From positions 42,346,001-42,410,000 of the forward strand of contig OX597826.1 in NCBI GenBank assembly GCA_951406725.2: 64,000 bases of DNA. Reading direction: 5' to 3'. Positions 11,667 to 25,815 of the stretch are shown piece by piece. The notes under the pieces are model-generated. The model was not told the origin of the DNA. It did not search any database and saw only the letters and a list, made by a program, of their open reading frames with translations. Each line of letters begins with the position of its first letter. Positions within the stretch are counted from its first letter, which is position 1. A program made the position numbers and the translations under genes. The DNA comes from Octopus vulgaris (Eukaryota).

Positions 11667-13413
11667 TTTAAGTTTATTATTTGAAGGCGACCAAATCATT
11701 CAATGATAACTTTCAAATATATTAAGCAAATAAATATTATTCAAGAGGAATGTTGTGGTCTCTGTCACTTATACTCTATGGAAGCCGCTTACGCGACCTT
11801 ATGAGTCTTAGGACTCGAGACTATAATGTCTTGGGGTTAATAATGCTGATAATGACACGCATGGCTCTGGTTGATGTCATAATCGGGGCTTATAAATCTG
11901 GCTGTGTTGGCGTTATTGCAGGAGATCAACAGGAACTGAAAACTTCTTAAGGTATAAGTAAAAATGACTAGCATGTCGATAAGTAAAAATAACTGACATG
12001 CGAATAAATATGAATAATAAAAAAAAATAACTTAGACAAGAAGGATCATAGTTTGATTATTATATGACTCAAGTATGTGATCTATAGTTTTATAACATCC
12101 TAATAGATGAAGAAATAGTCGCCTCGTTCATGAATGATAATGCATAATCAACAGATAGTAATGATAAAGATGATAGTGAAACTGCAAAGTTTCCAGCTGT
12201 AACAGCAGATGTTAGATTTCACAAGTCAACGAAATAGAAGATTCCCTCACAAGCTACTTACCGTCTTTCAAACATAGAAGAAAGAACATATTGAACAGTT
12301 CAGCTATAGATATGATTAAAGATAGTATAGAACGGTTATAATGTGTTTGATTATAGATCTACTTAATCAGGGATTACCTGAGGACAAAACAATAATGTAC
12401 AGTAGGCTCTCTCAGCTAAAAGTGAGAATACTTACAGAAGCTAACTGTAAACTTTTAGATAGCATTTATAACCATTGAAGATTTGTGAAATTCAACAGCA
12501 GCAGTTGGAGTTTGTAGACAGCTAAAGATTGCATAATATATTATCTGAATACCATAGTGACATTTAAAGCTTGGTATTTGCACAAGTTAAACATTTCCGA
12601 CTTCAATTTTTCACTTGTTGAGTTTTGTACAAGAAATGAATTAAAACATGGATACTTAAACTTAATGGAAACACCAATTAAACTGCAGAAAATGTAGAAC
12701 ATAATTAATTTATTAGTCTTGTTTTGTTAAGTGAAATTGTTGTTGATCAATTAGGTTTATTGTTTGAAGGCGACCAAATCATTCAATGATGATTTTCAAA
12801 TATATTAAGCAAATAAATATTAATAATTCCTCCTACTTCAAACCAACATTTCTTCTCTGAAACAAAGAAAAAGCGACGAAACTAAAACACAAAACGTAAT
12901 GTAAATTATAAAAAAAGTATTATTCTTGCTTTATTATATAATCCACGCTTGGTATAACATATATACAATACCTTATTAAAGGCAATTTATTTCACTCAGG
13001 TATTTTATCATTAGCTATGCCAATTCGGTTAATTACATAAGACTTTCAAGGAACAAGGTGAAACAATTAAACAGTAATTGACTGCATGTGTGTATGTGAG
13101 TACCCCCCGCTATTATGAGACACCAGTATACATACAGACATTGCGCGCGCGTGTGTGTGCGTGTGTGTGTGTGTGTGAAAAGGTTGAGTTCAATTTCATC
13201 CTTTACTTTGGAGGGTTCCAAAGGGGCGATTTCTAATAAAGATTCTTCATATTTCGTTGGTAGCTAACTGGCATAAGAGTTTTGCGAATATGAAATTATT
13301 ACATGCATATGGCATGTGATGAGGATCTATGGAAATGTATCCCATAGAAACTCAACAAACTTTTAAAGATGGAGAAGAGAAGATGTTAAATATTAAAATA
13401 GAATTTTAATACA

Positions 13414-13515
13414 TGCATACGATCGTTTCGAACAGCAATATCAACATGTAAATAACATGGTAGAATGATTGGAAATTAATTAAATTAATTACATATTACT
13501 GTTCTCCTCAGTGCA
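13414..13515 (-). ncRNA. type I hammerhead ribozyme (canonical core, long stem II)
   Basis: Minus strand reads TGCA-CTGAGGA-GAACAGTAATAT..(51 nt)..ATATTGCTGTTC-GAAAC GATC GTA-TGCA. All core positions are intact, stem II is 12 bp, stem III is the palindrome ACGATCGT and the triplet is GUA. Confidence 0.85.
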
Positions 13516-13682
13516 AAAAAGAGTGCATCAAAAAATTATTATTACTGTTACAGAAGACTTGATGGAGGAAGTAGCAAATAACATATTCGGATATACATAT
13601 TTAATCCTTATGAAAGATTAAGAGCATATTAAAAAGAAGTGTTGTTGAGTCTAGTTGTGAAAAAACTAAAACTGATGAGGTA

Positions 13683-14084
13683 TAACGGTTATTTGAAAAT
13701 ATACGTGAAAGATGTTTAAAAAACATTCTCTCTATGTAAAAGTAAGTAGTTAAGTAATATACGCTCCAAATAAAGCATTTGTTAAGGAAGTAAGATAGGG
13801 ATGTCTAATGGCATAGCATAATTATATTTGAATTAGGATATGACTTGACTGTCATAAGTAATATATTAGTTATGTTACTTATATATTATTTCTGTATATA
13901 ATATAACTTATATATTACTTATAACTGTCAAGTCATATCCTAATTCAAATATAACTATGCTGTCCCATTGGGCACCCCTATCTTACTTCCGTGATAAATG
14001 GAGTGTATATTACTTAACTACTTATTTTTATATAGAGGGAATGTTTGTTAAACATCTTTCACTTATATTTTCAAATAACCGTTA
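13683..14084. repeat. about 400-bp imperfect foldback (MITE-like)
   Basis: TAACGGTTATTTGAAAATATA pairs with TATATTTTCAAATAACCGTTA, and GAATTAGGATATGACTTGAC pairs with GTCAAGTCATATCCTAATTC. Confidence 0.85.
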
Positions 14085-14114
14085 GCCGCATCCCAGTAAT
14101 TACTCGTTACTGGG

Positions 14115-14155
<41 letters not shown>

Positions 14156-14160
<5 letters not shown>

Positions 14161-14330
14161 TATAGAAGGACCTTAACAGGACTAGAACTGTTTCATTCAA
14201 ATGAAATCATAAGGAATGAAACAGTTCTAGTCCTGTAGAAGCTCCTTCTATAAAATAAATTAATTTACTCTGCTATGTATTGAGTACCTTATTTACTGTG
14301 GTTAACCCCGACTCAACCCGGGACCTACAT
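14156..14330 (+). mobile_element. PLE-type terminal repeat fragment with inverted 5' copy
   Basis: Inverted arms TATAGAAGGA..ACAGGACTAGAACTGTTTCATTC and GAATGAAACAGTTCTAGTCCTGT..TCCTTCTATA. A related fragment is at about 10640-10680. Confidence 0.55.
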
Positions 14331-14400
14331 ATATATATATATATATATATATATCCATTTATATATATCCATATATATATATATCCATTTATATATATCC

Positions 14401-14436
<36 letters not shown>

Positions 14437-15049
14437 ATTTATATATATATATATATCCATATACATATGGGGGAAGAGGTAATATTTATAGGCATTGTTG
14501 TTATTTTAATTTCAATTCAATATTTATACGACAAAATATTGCCATGCATACTTTCTTAAACTAGCAGAGTTTTCCAGCTTGATATATAAATTATTTCTTC
14601 ACAGCAACAGAGAAAGAGAGATTTAGAAAAATAAACTGGTGGGAGTCATACATGATTTGGGAGAGAGGTGGGGAGAGAAAAGAGAAAGATAGGGGAAATA
14701 GAGTGGATATAAAAGTCAAGGTAAAGAAGATAAAGCGGGAGAGAGAATTAACGTAGAATTGCTAACTTCATATTTCTTCATCTTCGAAGCTCGGGGCAGA
14801 CCATTGAAGTTTAAATTCAAATAGTATGGAAATTATTCATTTCACTTTTTAGTATCTTACTTCTTATTTTTGTTTTTTTGTTTTTTTCGCATTGGCCAAT
14901 TTCCGCTCTATGTTTATCGCCTAAAGTAAATCTGTTGCATTCTTTATTTTTTTGTAAATTAATGTAACAACCGACATAATGACGTAAATTCAAACGCCCG
15001 ATAGTGTTCGAGACGTTTGGAACACAGATGCAAAACATGTTCTTCTATT

Positions 15050-15125
15050 CAAATATGTGTATATGAATACATGTGTGTGTGTATAGTTGCGTGTGTAAAT
15101 GCATATATACATATGTATGTGTATG

Positions 15126-15181
<56 letters not shown>

Positions 15182-15455
15182 CATATATATATATACATAT
15201 ATATATACATATATACATATATATATACCAATACATATATGCATATACATATACATATATATATACATATACATATATATATATATATACATACATATAT
15301 ATACATATATATATATTCATATATATATATACATACACACATATATATACATGTATATACATATATATATACATATGCATATATGAATACATGTGTGTGT
15401 GTATAGTTGCGTGTGTAAATGCATATATACATATGTATGTGTATGTATATATATG

Positions 15456-15486
<31 letters not shown>

Positions 15487-15536
15487 ATGTATATATATAT
15501 ACATATATATATATACATATATATATACATATATAC

Positions 15537-15568
<32 letters not shown>

Positions 15569-15894
15569 ATACATATACATATATATATATATATACACAT
15601 ACATATATATACATATATATATTTATATATATATATACATACACACATATATATATACATGTATATACATATATATATACATATGCATATATATACATAT
15701 ACATATGTACATATACATATTTTTATACATATATGCATATATATATATACATATACATATATACATATATATATACATATATACATATACATATATTTAT
15801 ATATACCTATACATATATGCATATATATATTCATATATATATATACATACACACATATATATACATATACATATATGTATATATACTTATACTT

Positions 15895-15946
<52 letters not shown>

Positions 15947-16003
15947 ATATATACAAACATACATATATACATACATGTGCGCATATGTATATATGCATAC
16001 AGT

Positions 16004-16075
<72 letters not shown>
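15050..16075. repeat. complex (TA)/(TG)/(CATA)/(GATA) microsatellite field with a 320-bp tandem duplication
   Basis: ATATGAATACATGTGTGTGTGTATAGTTGCGTGTGTAAATGC recurs at 15061 and 15381. Confidence 0.9.
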
Positions 16076-16077
<2 letters not shown>

Positions 16078-16079
16078 TG

Positions 16080-16448
16080 TTTCTTTATTAGCCACACAGG
16101 GCTGCACACAGACAGAACAAATTACAAGGTAGAGCTTTTCTTTTGGGGGTAAAAAAAAAGGGGGTTGGTTTTCGATCAAAAGGGATCGTAAAAGGAAAGA
16201 AAGAGGACAAAAAAAGGGGAGGATTTTAAAAAAAAGGGGGGAGAGGGAAAAAAAGGTAAGGGGAGAGGAAAAAAGTTGATCAATAGGGATCGTAATCACA
16301 GAAATGTCAATATGAAGTGTAAAGGGGAGGACAGGTGAGGCTTACCCGTGGAAAGAAAAGCCTACGGAAAAGACCACGGTAACCTCGGTCAATGAAGTCA
16401 CATGTTATATTTCTTTCTTTTATTTTTTTTGCAAATAAGCAACTCTCT
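16080..16448 (-). mobile_element. 3' end of a non-LTR retroelement embedded in (GATA)n
   Basis: Homologous to 54417-54620 (GTAGAGCTTTTCTTTTGGGG and GAAAAGCCTACGGAAAAGACCACGG). The minus strand ends AATAAAGAAA, and the terminus resembles the SINE group A tail. Confidence 0.7.
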
Positions 16449-16516
<68 letters not shown>

Positions 16517-17282
16517 TACATGTATATGTATGCAGCCATATTTGTGTGCATCAAACACACGTTTATGTGATACATAAATGACCGAAACAAAGAAAAATGT
16601 TGAACGTATATGTGAACCAACTGGCCTAGCGTTAGCAGGTCACAAAGCATGAATAAGGTAATTCAAAGAATATTTCCATCTCTCTTTTACTCTCTCTCTC
16701 TCTCTCATTCGCACACACATTCATGCATACACATACACACACATGCATACACACACACGCGCTGAATCTCTCTCTTTCTCACTCTCTCTCCTTCTTTCTC
16801 TCTCTTATTCAAAATATGTATGAAACTACCTCTTTGTTTTCCACAATCTCTCTTATTCTTTTCCTCTCTACCTGTTTTTGCGTGAAGACAACATCTTGAA
16901 ATAATTTGAGTAATGCAATCAAGTGACTATCTGCTATTTTACAAACGTACGGAAAAGTTATGTATAAACATAATAGTAAATTCAATATTAGTAAATTCAG
17001 TATAATAGTAAATTCAATATTATAAACATAACGTCTTGGGTCACTTATGGAGCAGTATTTTCCCCTTCTTTAGTAGTTTCCATCCACGAAATTGTAACAC
17101 AATCAATGCATTGATTTTTTGAGTGACTAAGAATGTAAAAGACATTGTAATCTAAGAACGGGAAATGCACGAGGAAAGTTAAAGAAGAAGATGGACACAG
17201 GCTGTACATGTATACGCACACGAGTTTCCTTTAGAAGACTAGCATTGAAAAAGACAGTCTTATAAAGGAATATACATATATA

Positions 17283-17369
<87 letters not shown>

Positions 17370-17373
<4 letters not shown>

Positions 17374-18339
17374 GTAAAATATGAAAAATCAATGAAAATG
17401 CACATTGCAAATAGAAAAAGGCTCTTTATGACAGGTAGTGACAAATATATACATTTAGATTGACTGAGGTAGTAATACGAGTCGTAAAGGTCATTATTAT
17501 GAGATGATTATAAGATGATAATAAAGTAAGATAACAAAACGAACCAGTGATTTATGCGAAGGCTATTCATCGTTTGAACAACACCGGTTAATATACGGTG
17601 TCAGGTCTAATAGTTCCTGAGAAAAAAGATTATTTGTAAGGGAGGTAAGTAGTTCTGGAATTAGAGATGTGAGTGATGTAGGTAGTGTATAGGATTTAGT
17701 GGTTTCAATTGAAGAGTTAGTGGTGTTCTGTATTGAGTTGTGTGTTCATGTTTAGTTGGGGGAGAAATTTGTTGATGAAAAATGCCTCTTTATTCAGCCT
17801 TTGTTGCATTGTGGTGTTCTGTGAGCATTGGTAAAAGGGAAATATTTGGAAATTGGGATTAAGATTCCTGACACATCTTTCTATGTGTTCGCTCACCTTT
17901 AACTGTCTGTATTGTGGGTGACGGATTTGCTCTTTGTGAATGGTGATTCTTTGACGGAGAAAAATTCGTTTGTCCAATATAGAGTTTACCACATCCTATG
18001 CATGTCATCACATAGATTACATTTGCTGAGGCGCAGGTGAAATTTGATTTGATCTTAAATATTTCTCCTTGTTTGAATTGGAATTCTGAACCCTCCAGAA
18101 GGTGGGGGCATGTTCCACGGTTAGAACGTCCACATTTTGTCACTTTTGGCTCAGTAGTTAGTGGGTAAAGTCTAGCGCTGGTTAATATTCTTTTCAGTGA
18201 CTTTGGTTGCTTTTTGCTTTTTATAATTTTATATGAGTTTAAAATTTCGTTCATTGTTTTGTCTGCTGTGAGGATGGGAAGGTTTTGGGTGATGATGCTG
18301 AAGGGGTCGTTGTTTCTGGGGTTATGTGTGGAGATGTAC
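17370..18339 (-). mobile_element. Penelope-like retroelement, 5'-truncated (GIY-YIG endonuclease, frameshifted)
   Basis: Translates as YISTHNP ... KCGRSNRGTCP ... FTCASANVIYVMTCIGCGKLYIGQT ... RITIHKEQI ... SEHI ... EAFFINKFLPQLN, which are PLE linker and GIY-YIG motifs. Confidence 0.88.
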
Positions 18340-19020
18340 AGGTCGTAGGAATTATTGAATAGAGATATCGTGGAGTGCTTATTGAAGATACACAGTTGGA
18401 GAGTAATATGAGAACATCAGGAACGTTTGATATTATAACAGTCTGATATATCAGTGACGAGGATACCTCCCACTGTATAACGGTGTCATTATAACAGTAG
18501 CAACAAGGTTACTAACGCTCGTAGAAGTGTCAAAATGGAAGAACTATTAGCTTTCGTTGTAAAGCGACAAAAACAGTTGTAGGAGCACGCAAGTTCGAAC
18601 AAGACATCTGAGAAGTTTTTTAAAATATATCCTGATGTTTTTTTCGGAAGAACTTGGTACATGTTCGAAAATAAAAGTGAAATTCCAACCGAAAGAAAAT
18701 GCCGTTCCGGTTTTTAAACCAAAGAGAGTTGTGCCTTTTTCCGGCACTGAATCAAGTAGGAAAAGAATTTATAAGACTTGAAAATATTGGTGTAATACAA
18801 AAATTAGACTGTTCGGAATGGGCAGCACCAACTGTGTATATAAAAAACAAAAATAAGAAAATAAGGGTTTGCACTGATTTTTCGACGGGATTTAATGAAT
18901 GTCTGAAAACTTATAACCATCCGTTACCAAGTCCAGAGCAGATTTTTTGCCAAGCTTAATGGAAACACTCTTTTCTAAACTGGATTTATCGGAATCTTAT
19001 TTACAGCTTCAGGTAGACGA

Positions 19021-19180
19021 CCGTCTGTCTTTACGTTCTGAGTTCAAATTCCGCCGAGGTCGACTTTGCTTTCATTCTTTCGGGGTCGATAATTTAAGTA
19101 CCAGTTGCGTACTGGGGGTTGATCTAAATGACTGGCCCCCTCCCAAAATATTTCGGGCCTTTTGCCTAGAGTAGAAAAGA
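19021..19180 (+). mobile_element. SINE group A fragment at the RT/RNase H deletion junction of the Gypsy element
   Basis: GTTCTGAGTTCAAATTCCGCCGAGGTCGACTTTGC. Confidence 0.85.
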
Positions 19181-19582
19181 ATGTAGTGCGGGAACTACCA
19201 GTCACATTGGAAGAGATAAAAAGTAAAGCAGAAAAAGAAGCATTTATTAACAAAAGGAAAAAATGATAATAATGAATGAGACAAATACAAAAAAATATGT
19301 CTCTGAGCGTAACGCAGGTTCGAAATACTTTTCGATGTGTGCCAATGTGTTGATGTACGCTCAGAGGGTTGTGATACCTGTTGTACTACAAAATAAAATG
19401 CTAAAAGAATTTCATGTAGGTCATCCTGGAATTGCAAGGATGAAGTCCCTCATGAGAAGTTATATTTACTGGCCTAGTATGGATAAAGATATCGAGAAAC
19501 TGGTGAAAGCAAGCTGGGGATACGCCCTAGCAGCTAAGGTACCTCTAGTAAAGATTCAGCCGTGACCAAAGACAGATATACC

Positions 19583-19811
19583 TATTTCTTTACTACCCAC
19601 AAGGAGCTAAACACAGAGAGGACAAACAAGGACAGACAAACGGATTAAGTCGCTTATATCGACCCCAGTGCGTTACTGGTACTTAATTTACCGACTCCGA
19701 AAGGATGACAGGCAAAGTCGACCTCGGCGGAATTTGAACTCAGAACGCAGCGGCAGACGAAATACCGCTAAGCGTTTCGCCAGGTGTGCTAACGTTTCTG
19801 CCAGCTCCCCG
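19583..19811 (-). mobile_element. SINE group A inserted in the Gypsy integrase, 17-bp TSD
   Basis: CCAAAGACAGATATACC at 19566-19582 and 19812-19828. Removing the insertion restores QP*PKTDIPWS. Confidence 0.93.
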
Positions 19812-20479
19812 CCAAAGACAGATATACCGTGGTCTTGACTACACATAGATTTTGCAGGACCACTAAACTGAGTGTATTATCTGGTAGTGGTAGATAGCTA
19901 CACAAAATGGCCTGAAATTTGTAAGTGCAGAAAACCAACTACGAAAATAACTACTGAATTTTTTAATGAAATACCTGCACGTTTTGATGTGCCGGATATT
20001 ACAGTGTCGGATAATGGGGCGCAATTTACATCAAAAGAGATCAAAGGTTTTTGTAAGACACATCAAATGGAACATGTCACTATCCCACCATATCATCCGA
20101 GGTCAAACGGACTTGCGGAGAGGTTCGTAGATACGTTTAAAAGATCGTTGAGGAAAACTAGAAACGAATCATTAGTGGATAATACACTGACAAAATTTTT
20201 TACGCGTCTATAGAATAACGTTAAACCCCAACACAGAGTCGGATATGTCACCCGCTGAATTAATGCTCGGCAGAAAGGTACGATTAGCATTTCATAAATT
20301 GTTACCAAGAAAGAAACAACAAATTCAACAGAAAACTATACACCTCCGTGAACAGTAAACTGTACAAGTTAGTATAAATGAGCATGCGCAGAACAGTCTG
20401 AGAAGAGTGTCATATTCACAGTCATAGTATACAGGTCGTAGGAATTATTGAATAGAGATATCGTGGAGTGCTTGTTGAA

Positions 20480-20920
20480 ATCTTCAAAGCCTCAGTCGAA
20501 CCAATTCTACTATATGGCTCAGAAACCTGGACGTTATCAAAGAAGCTTGAGAGGCGGTTGGATGGAACCTACACTCGTCTCCTTATGAGAGCTCAAAATC
20601 TCTCGTGGAAGAGTCATTCAACCAAAATGCAAATATATGGGAAACTACCACCTGTGTCATCTTTTGTGAAAGGTAGGAGAGTCCAGTTTGTTGGACATTA
20701 TTGTAGAGCTGAAAACGAGGCAATTTCTACTCTTCTCCTCTGGAAATCAATTACTCGCAATACCAGAGGGCGCACACTCTCCTACCCTGATGTAATCTCC
20801 AGGGATACAGGCATCCAGCAACAGGACCTCCGTAATGCTATGATGGACCGTGAAGTCTGGCGTAGCATGGTAAATTCCATTGTCGCGACCACGGTCGAAC
20901 AATGATGATGATGATGATGA
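20480..20920 (+). mobile_element. RTE-clade LINE 3' end with (TGA)n tail, inserted in the 3' LTR
   Basis: Open frame IFKASVEPILLYGSETWTL...AMMDREVWRSMV. TSD TGTTGAA at 20473-20479 and 20921-20927. The empty site is visible in the other LTR near 18380. Confidence 0.9.
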
Positions 20921-21874
20921 TGTTGAAGATACACAGTTGGAGAGTAAGAGAACATCAAGAACGTTTGATATTATAACAGTCAGATATAACAGTGACGACG
21001 AAAAGTCGTACGTCATATCACACCCGTATTTTTACTTACTACCTTAAATATCTTTCTCTCCTTATACGTCTACCCTCTTACCTCTCTTAACCCTCCACCC
21101 GTAAACGTACAAATACATACGCCTACATACATCTTCACCCCTTCATTCGCTTTTTCTTTTATTGAACCAATTTATGCCATTTTACCATAACCGTGCTTAA
21201 ACTCCATACCCTTCCTTGTTTTATTCATAGATACTTTCTTTCGTCCCCCACGACCAAAATTATTTCTCCACCCCACCCCCCTCCTCCAATTTCTTTTCTC
21301 TTCAAATGCCAATCCCACTATTGAATTCTATGATTAAGCTAAAACTACTATATTATCCTCTATTTCACTCCCCAATATTTTATCTTATTTTATCTTATTT
21401 TATTTATATTTTTCCTTTCTTCCCTTCTTCTATTACTTATTTCTCCCTCATTTATATACCCCTCACATACTATACCCTCCACACATTCTGACTGAATCTT
21501 AGCATCAACATGTAGCGTTTAATCTAATCAAGATATCCTTGGCCTGAGTAGCCGGCGGTATACACCTCACTTGGATTTTACCACTTCTGAGGTTCCACTC
21601 GCTATGAAAAATATGTAGCCCGGCTTTCCCATACTCCATTCCGTAACTTCTTCATTCCGAAACTTTTGTATTCTTTTGCGCACACTCGGCAACCCTGGTT
21701 ACCTACCGAGGAATATAAAAATAACTTTTTCAGCTCATCGTTCTTCGATAAAAGAAAAAAATCTGCAACCTTCCGTCTCAATAAACTACTATTGTTTCCT
21801 AAAAGTTGTTTTCTACGGATTGCTCGAAGCCAGCTTTCTTGTTGCACCTCGATCCCTAAATCTTACACATATAT

Positions 21875-22298
<424 letters not shown>

Positions 22299-23303
22299 TG
22301 TATGTATAAAAGTTGAGTAATATTGAAATTGAAGCTTCGCAGATGATGAGCTTCGTCAGACTTTGTTGATTTTTGATACCCGTTATATATTCTTGTGTCC
22401 ACCCTGTAGGTGGAATGAAAACAGTTCTATGTAAGCATCTTTCATAATTTTAAATTTGAAAAAGTTAAGAAGTATATTTCCTTTTAGAAATAATTTCTAT
22501 GCTCCATTTAATGTATTGAGTGGTTTTTCAGTTCTTTTTACGTATTATTGTCCACAAAACACATATTAACGTCAACAAAAAACTTCGTGACAACTTACAC
22601 TTTTAAGAAGTGAACTACATATACCAATAATACTGTCCAAATAAGCCAGCATTCGACGCAAAGAGTCTACCATCATGAAACCCTGACTACGATGGTCAAG
22701 ATATGGGGTTATAACGAAACAAGAGAGATCTACTAGTTCAATCTCCTCCACTGAATTAACCACTAAGAAAACACCACTAGGAAAAGTCCACTAGAATAAG
22801 ACCACGATGCCGTTTCCATAGTCACAAAGACCAGCTAAATTCAACCCTCAAAATGGTGCAAAATGAACAGCAATGTGACAAACTAAAGCGCAGAGTTGCT
22901 CTAACTGGATTTTCTCTATTACTGCTGGAACTGATCTTCTTGGAGACAAAGAAAATATAAAAAAGCATAAAGAACTCAAAAATGAAAAGAACATAAAGAC
23001 CAACAATCATGCCCTTCGAGTTTTTCTTGCTAACTTGGTGTCTTGTGCCAGTGAAAAACAGATGCTCAGCTCATACAAGTTAATCCATAGTTTCGTACAA
23101 AGAATCGCCTCTTTACATATCAACAGTATCAGTAAGACGGGAACACTCAATTGGGAAGAAATATATTTATACATTATATTGTATGTATGTATGTATGTAT
23201 GTATGTATGTATGAATGTATGTATGTATGCATGTGTGTATATATTCATATATGTGTATGCATATGTATATGATATTCATTTTATATACACATACATGTAT
23301 ATC

Positions 23304-23334
<31 letters not shown>

Positions 23335-23490
23335 ATGTACATATGTATGATTCTGTGTGTGTACGTATCGTATACATAAACATGTGCGTATGTAAACACG
23401 AGCAAATGTGCTTATAATGCACACACACACACGCACACACACACACACACACACACATGCACCCACATAGTGATACAAAACATAACTTAC

Positions 23491-23594
23491 CTGGAAACGT
23501 GATTGCTTTTCATAGTAAGGTTGACCTGCCCTCTTGCTGTATGTGCTATTAGAACAGTATTAAACAAACACCACATTATATGAAGGGCAAACAT
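23491..23594 (-). CDS. putative first coding exon of a secreted or membrane protein (signal peptide)
   Basis: ATG at 23594 gives MFALHIMWCLFNTVLIAHTARG|QVNLTMKSNHVS. It has a hydrophobic core, an A-x-G cleavage pattern and an N-x-T sequon, and ends at a consensus donor CAG|GTAAGT (phase 2). Confidence 0.55.
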
Positions 23595-24162
23595 ATTTCC
23601 TTTTGTTTTGCTTTGTTTTGTTTTTATTTGATTGTTTTTCCTTTTTTTTTTTTTTTTTGCTTATGTTGCTGTTGGTAATAATCTCCCCTTGGTGAGATTA
23701 TTCTCTAACTGACTCCTGCGGTTCACGAAATTGTTGAAGTAAACAAAATCTGCGTGTTTTTGCAAATTAACAAATCGTGTATTTGATGAAATCAACAGCT
23801 GACAGATCCTATTGGTCGATCGACTGGTGAACAAGGAAATATGGTTTCGCTCAGTAGCAATTAAGACTGAACAACATCGGTGCTATGCAAATCTTTTGTT
23901 GTGATTGTGGCTTTATTTCTCTTCTCCTTTCCTTCTATCGCTGCAATATATTCTTCACACCTCAGTACATTTATTACTACAACCATCACTTGTATCATCA
24001 TCACCAATACTTATTCGATAGGCACCATAACCGTTATCTGAGTCATCTCTTTCTCCTCCACCGTTTCCGCTTCTTTCGCGACTGCTGCTGCTGCTGCTGC
24101 TGCTGCTTCAGTTGCTGCTATTTATATTTCTTGCATAGATTCCGACATTTTGATCTTTATAC
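23491..24162 (-). other. putative full exon including about 570 nt of 5' UTR with (CAG)8 and upstream ATGs
   Basis: Acceptor TTATTTTCAG|G at 24162 and donor at 23491. It is a unique-looking island flanked by microsatellites. Confidence 0.4.
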
Positions 24163-24229
24163 CTGAAAATAATTAAATCATAAATTTATGGATATATACA
24201 TTAAATTAATATACATAAATATATAAAGA

Positions 24230-25620
<1,391 letters not shown>

Positions 25621-25649
25621 TGTAGGTTTCAAATTTTTTAACAAGATCA

Positions 25650-25815
25650 TGCTCAACTGGTACTTATTTATCGACTTCGAAAGGATGAAAGGTAAAGTCG
25701 ACCTCTGTGGAATTTCTATGAATCTCAAAATATCGTCAACCACCAAAACCTGCACCATCACCACCACCACCAACTCCACTAAACATCTTGCCCGGCGTGC
25801 TAATGATCCCGTCAT
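25650..25815 (-). mobile_element. SINE group A, diverged
   Basis: GAAAGGATGAAAGGTAAAGTCGACCTC and GCCCGGCGTGCTAA. Confidence 0.75.

Larger units (their letters stand above)
18337..21000 (+). mobile_element. decayed Ty3/Gypsy LTR retrotransposon (pol relic, internal deletions)
   Basis: RT: YPDVFSEELG, SEWAAPTV, IRVCTDF, FSKLDLSESYLQ. Zn finger: EFHVGHPGIARMKSLMRSYIYWP. Integrase: HIDFAGP, VVDSYTKWPE, SDNGAQFTS, PYHPRSNGLAERFV. LTR copies at 18337-18453 and about 20350-20991. Confidence 0.92.

Noticed and set aside
11750-11950. 66-aa ORF, or a minus-strand exon with good splice signals
   Set aside because: All three minus frames between acceptor and donor contain stops, and the plus ORF has no recognisable motif.
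13672-13690. CTGATGAG at the start of the 400-bp foldback as a giant-stem hammerhead
   Set aside because: No GAAA, stem III or NUH follows the hairpin.
15045-16014. Long ORFs (up to 313 aa) rich in Y/I/H/T/C/V, and many similar ones across the window
   Set aside because: They are translations of (TA)n, (CA)n, (CATA)n and (GATA)n repeats, which lack stop codons.
22330-22365. Minus-strand CTGACGA followed by a hairpin
   Set aside because: No GAAA follows stem II, so the hammerhead cannot be completed.
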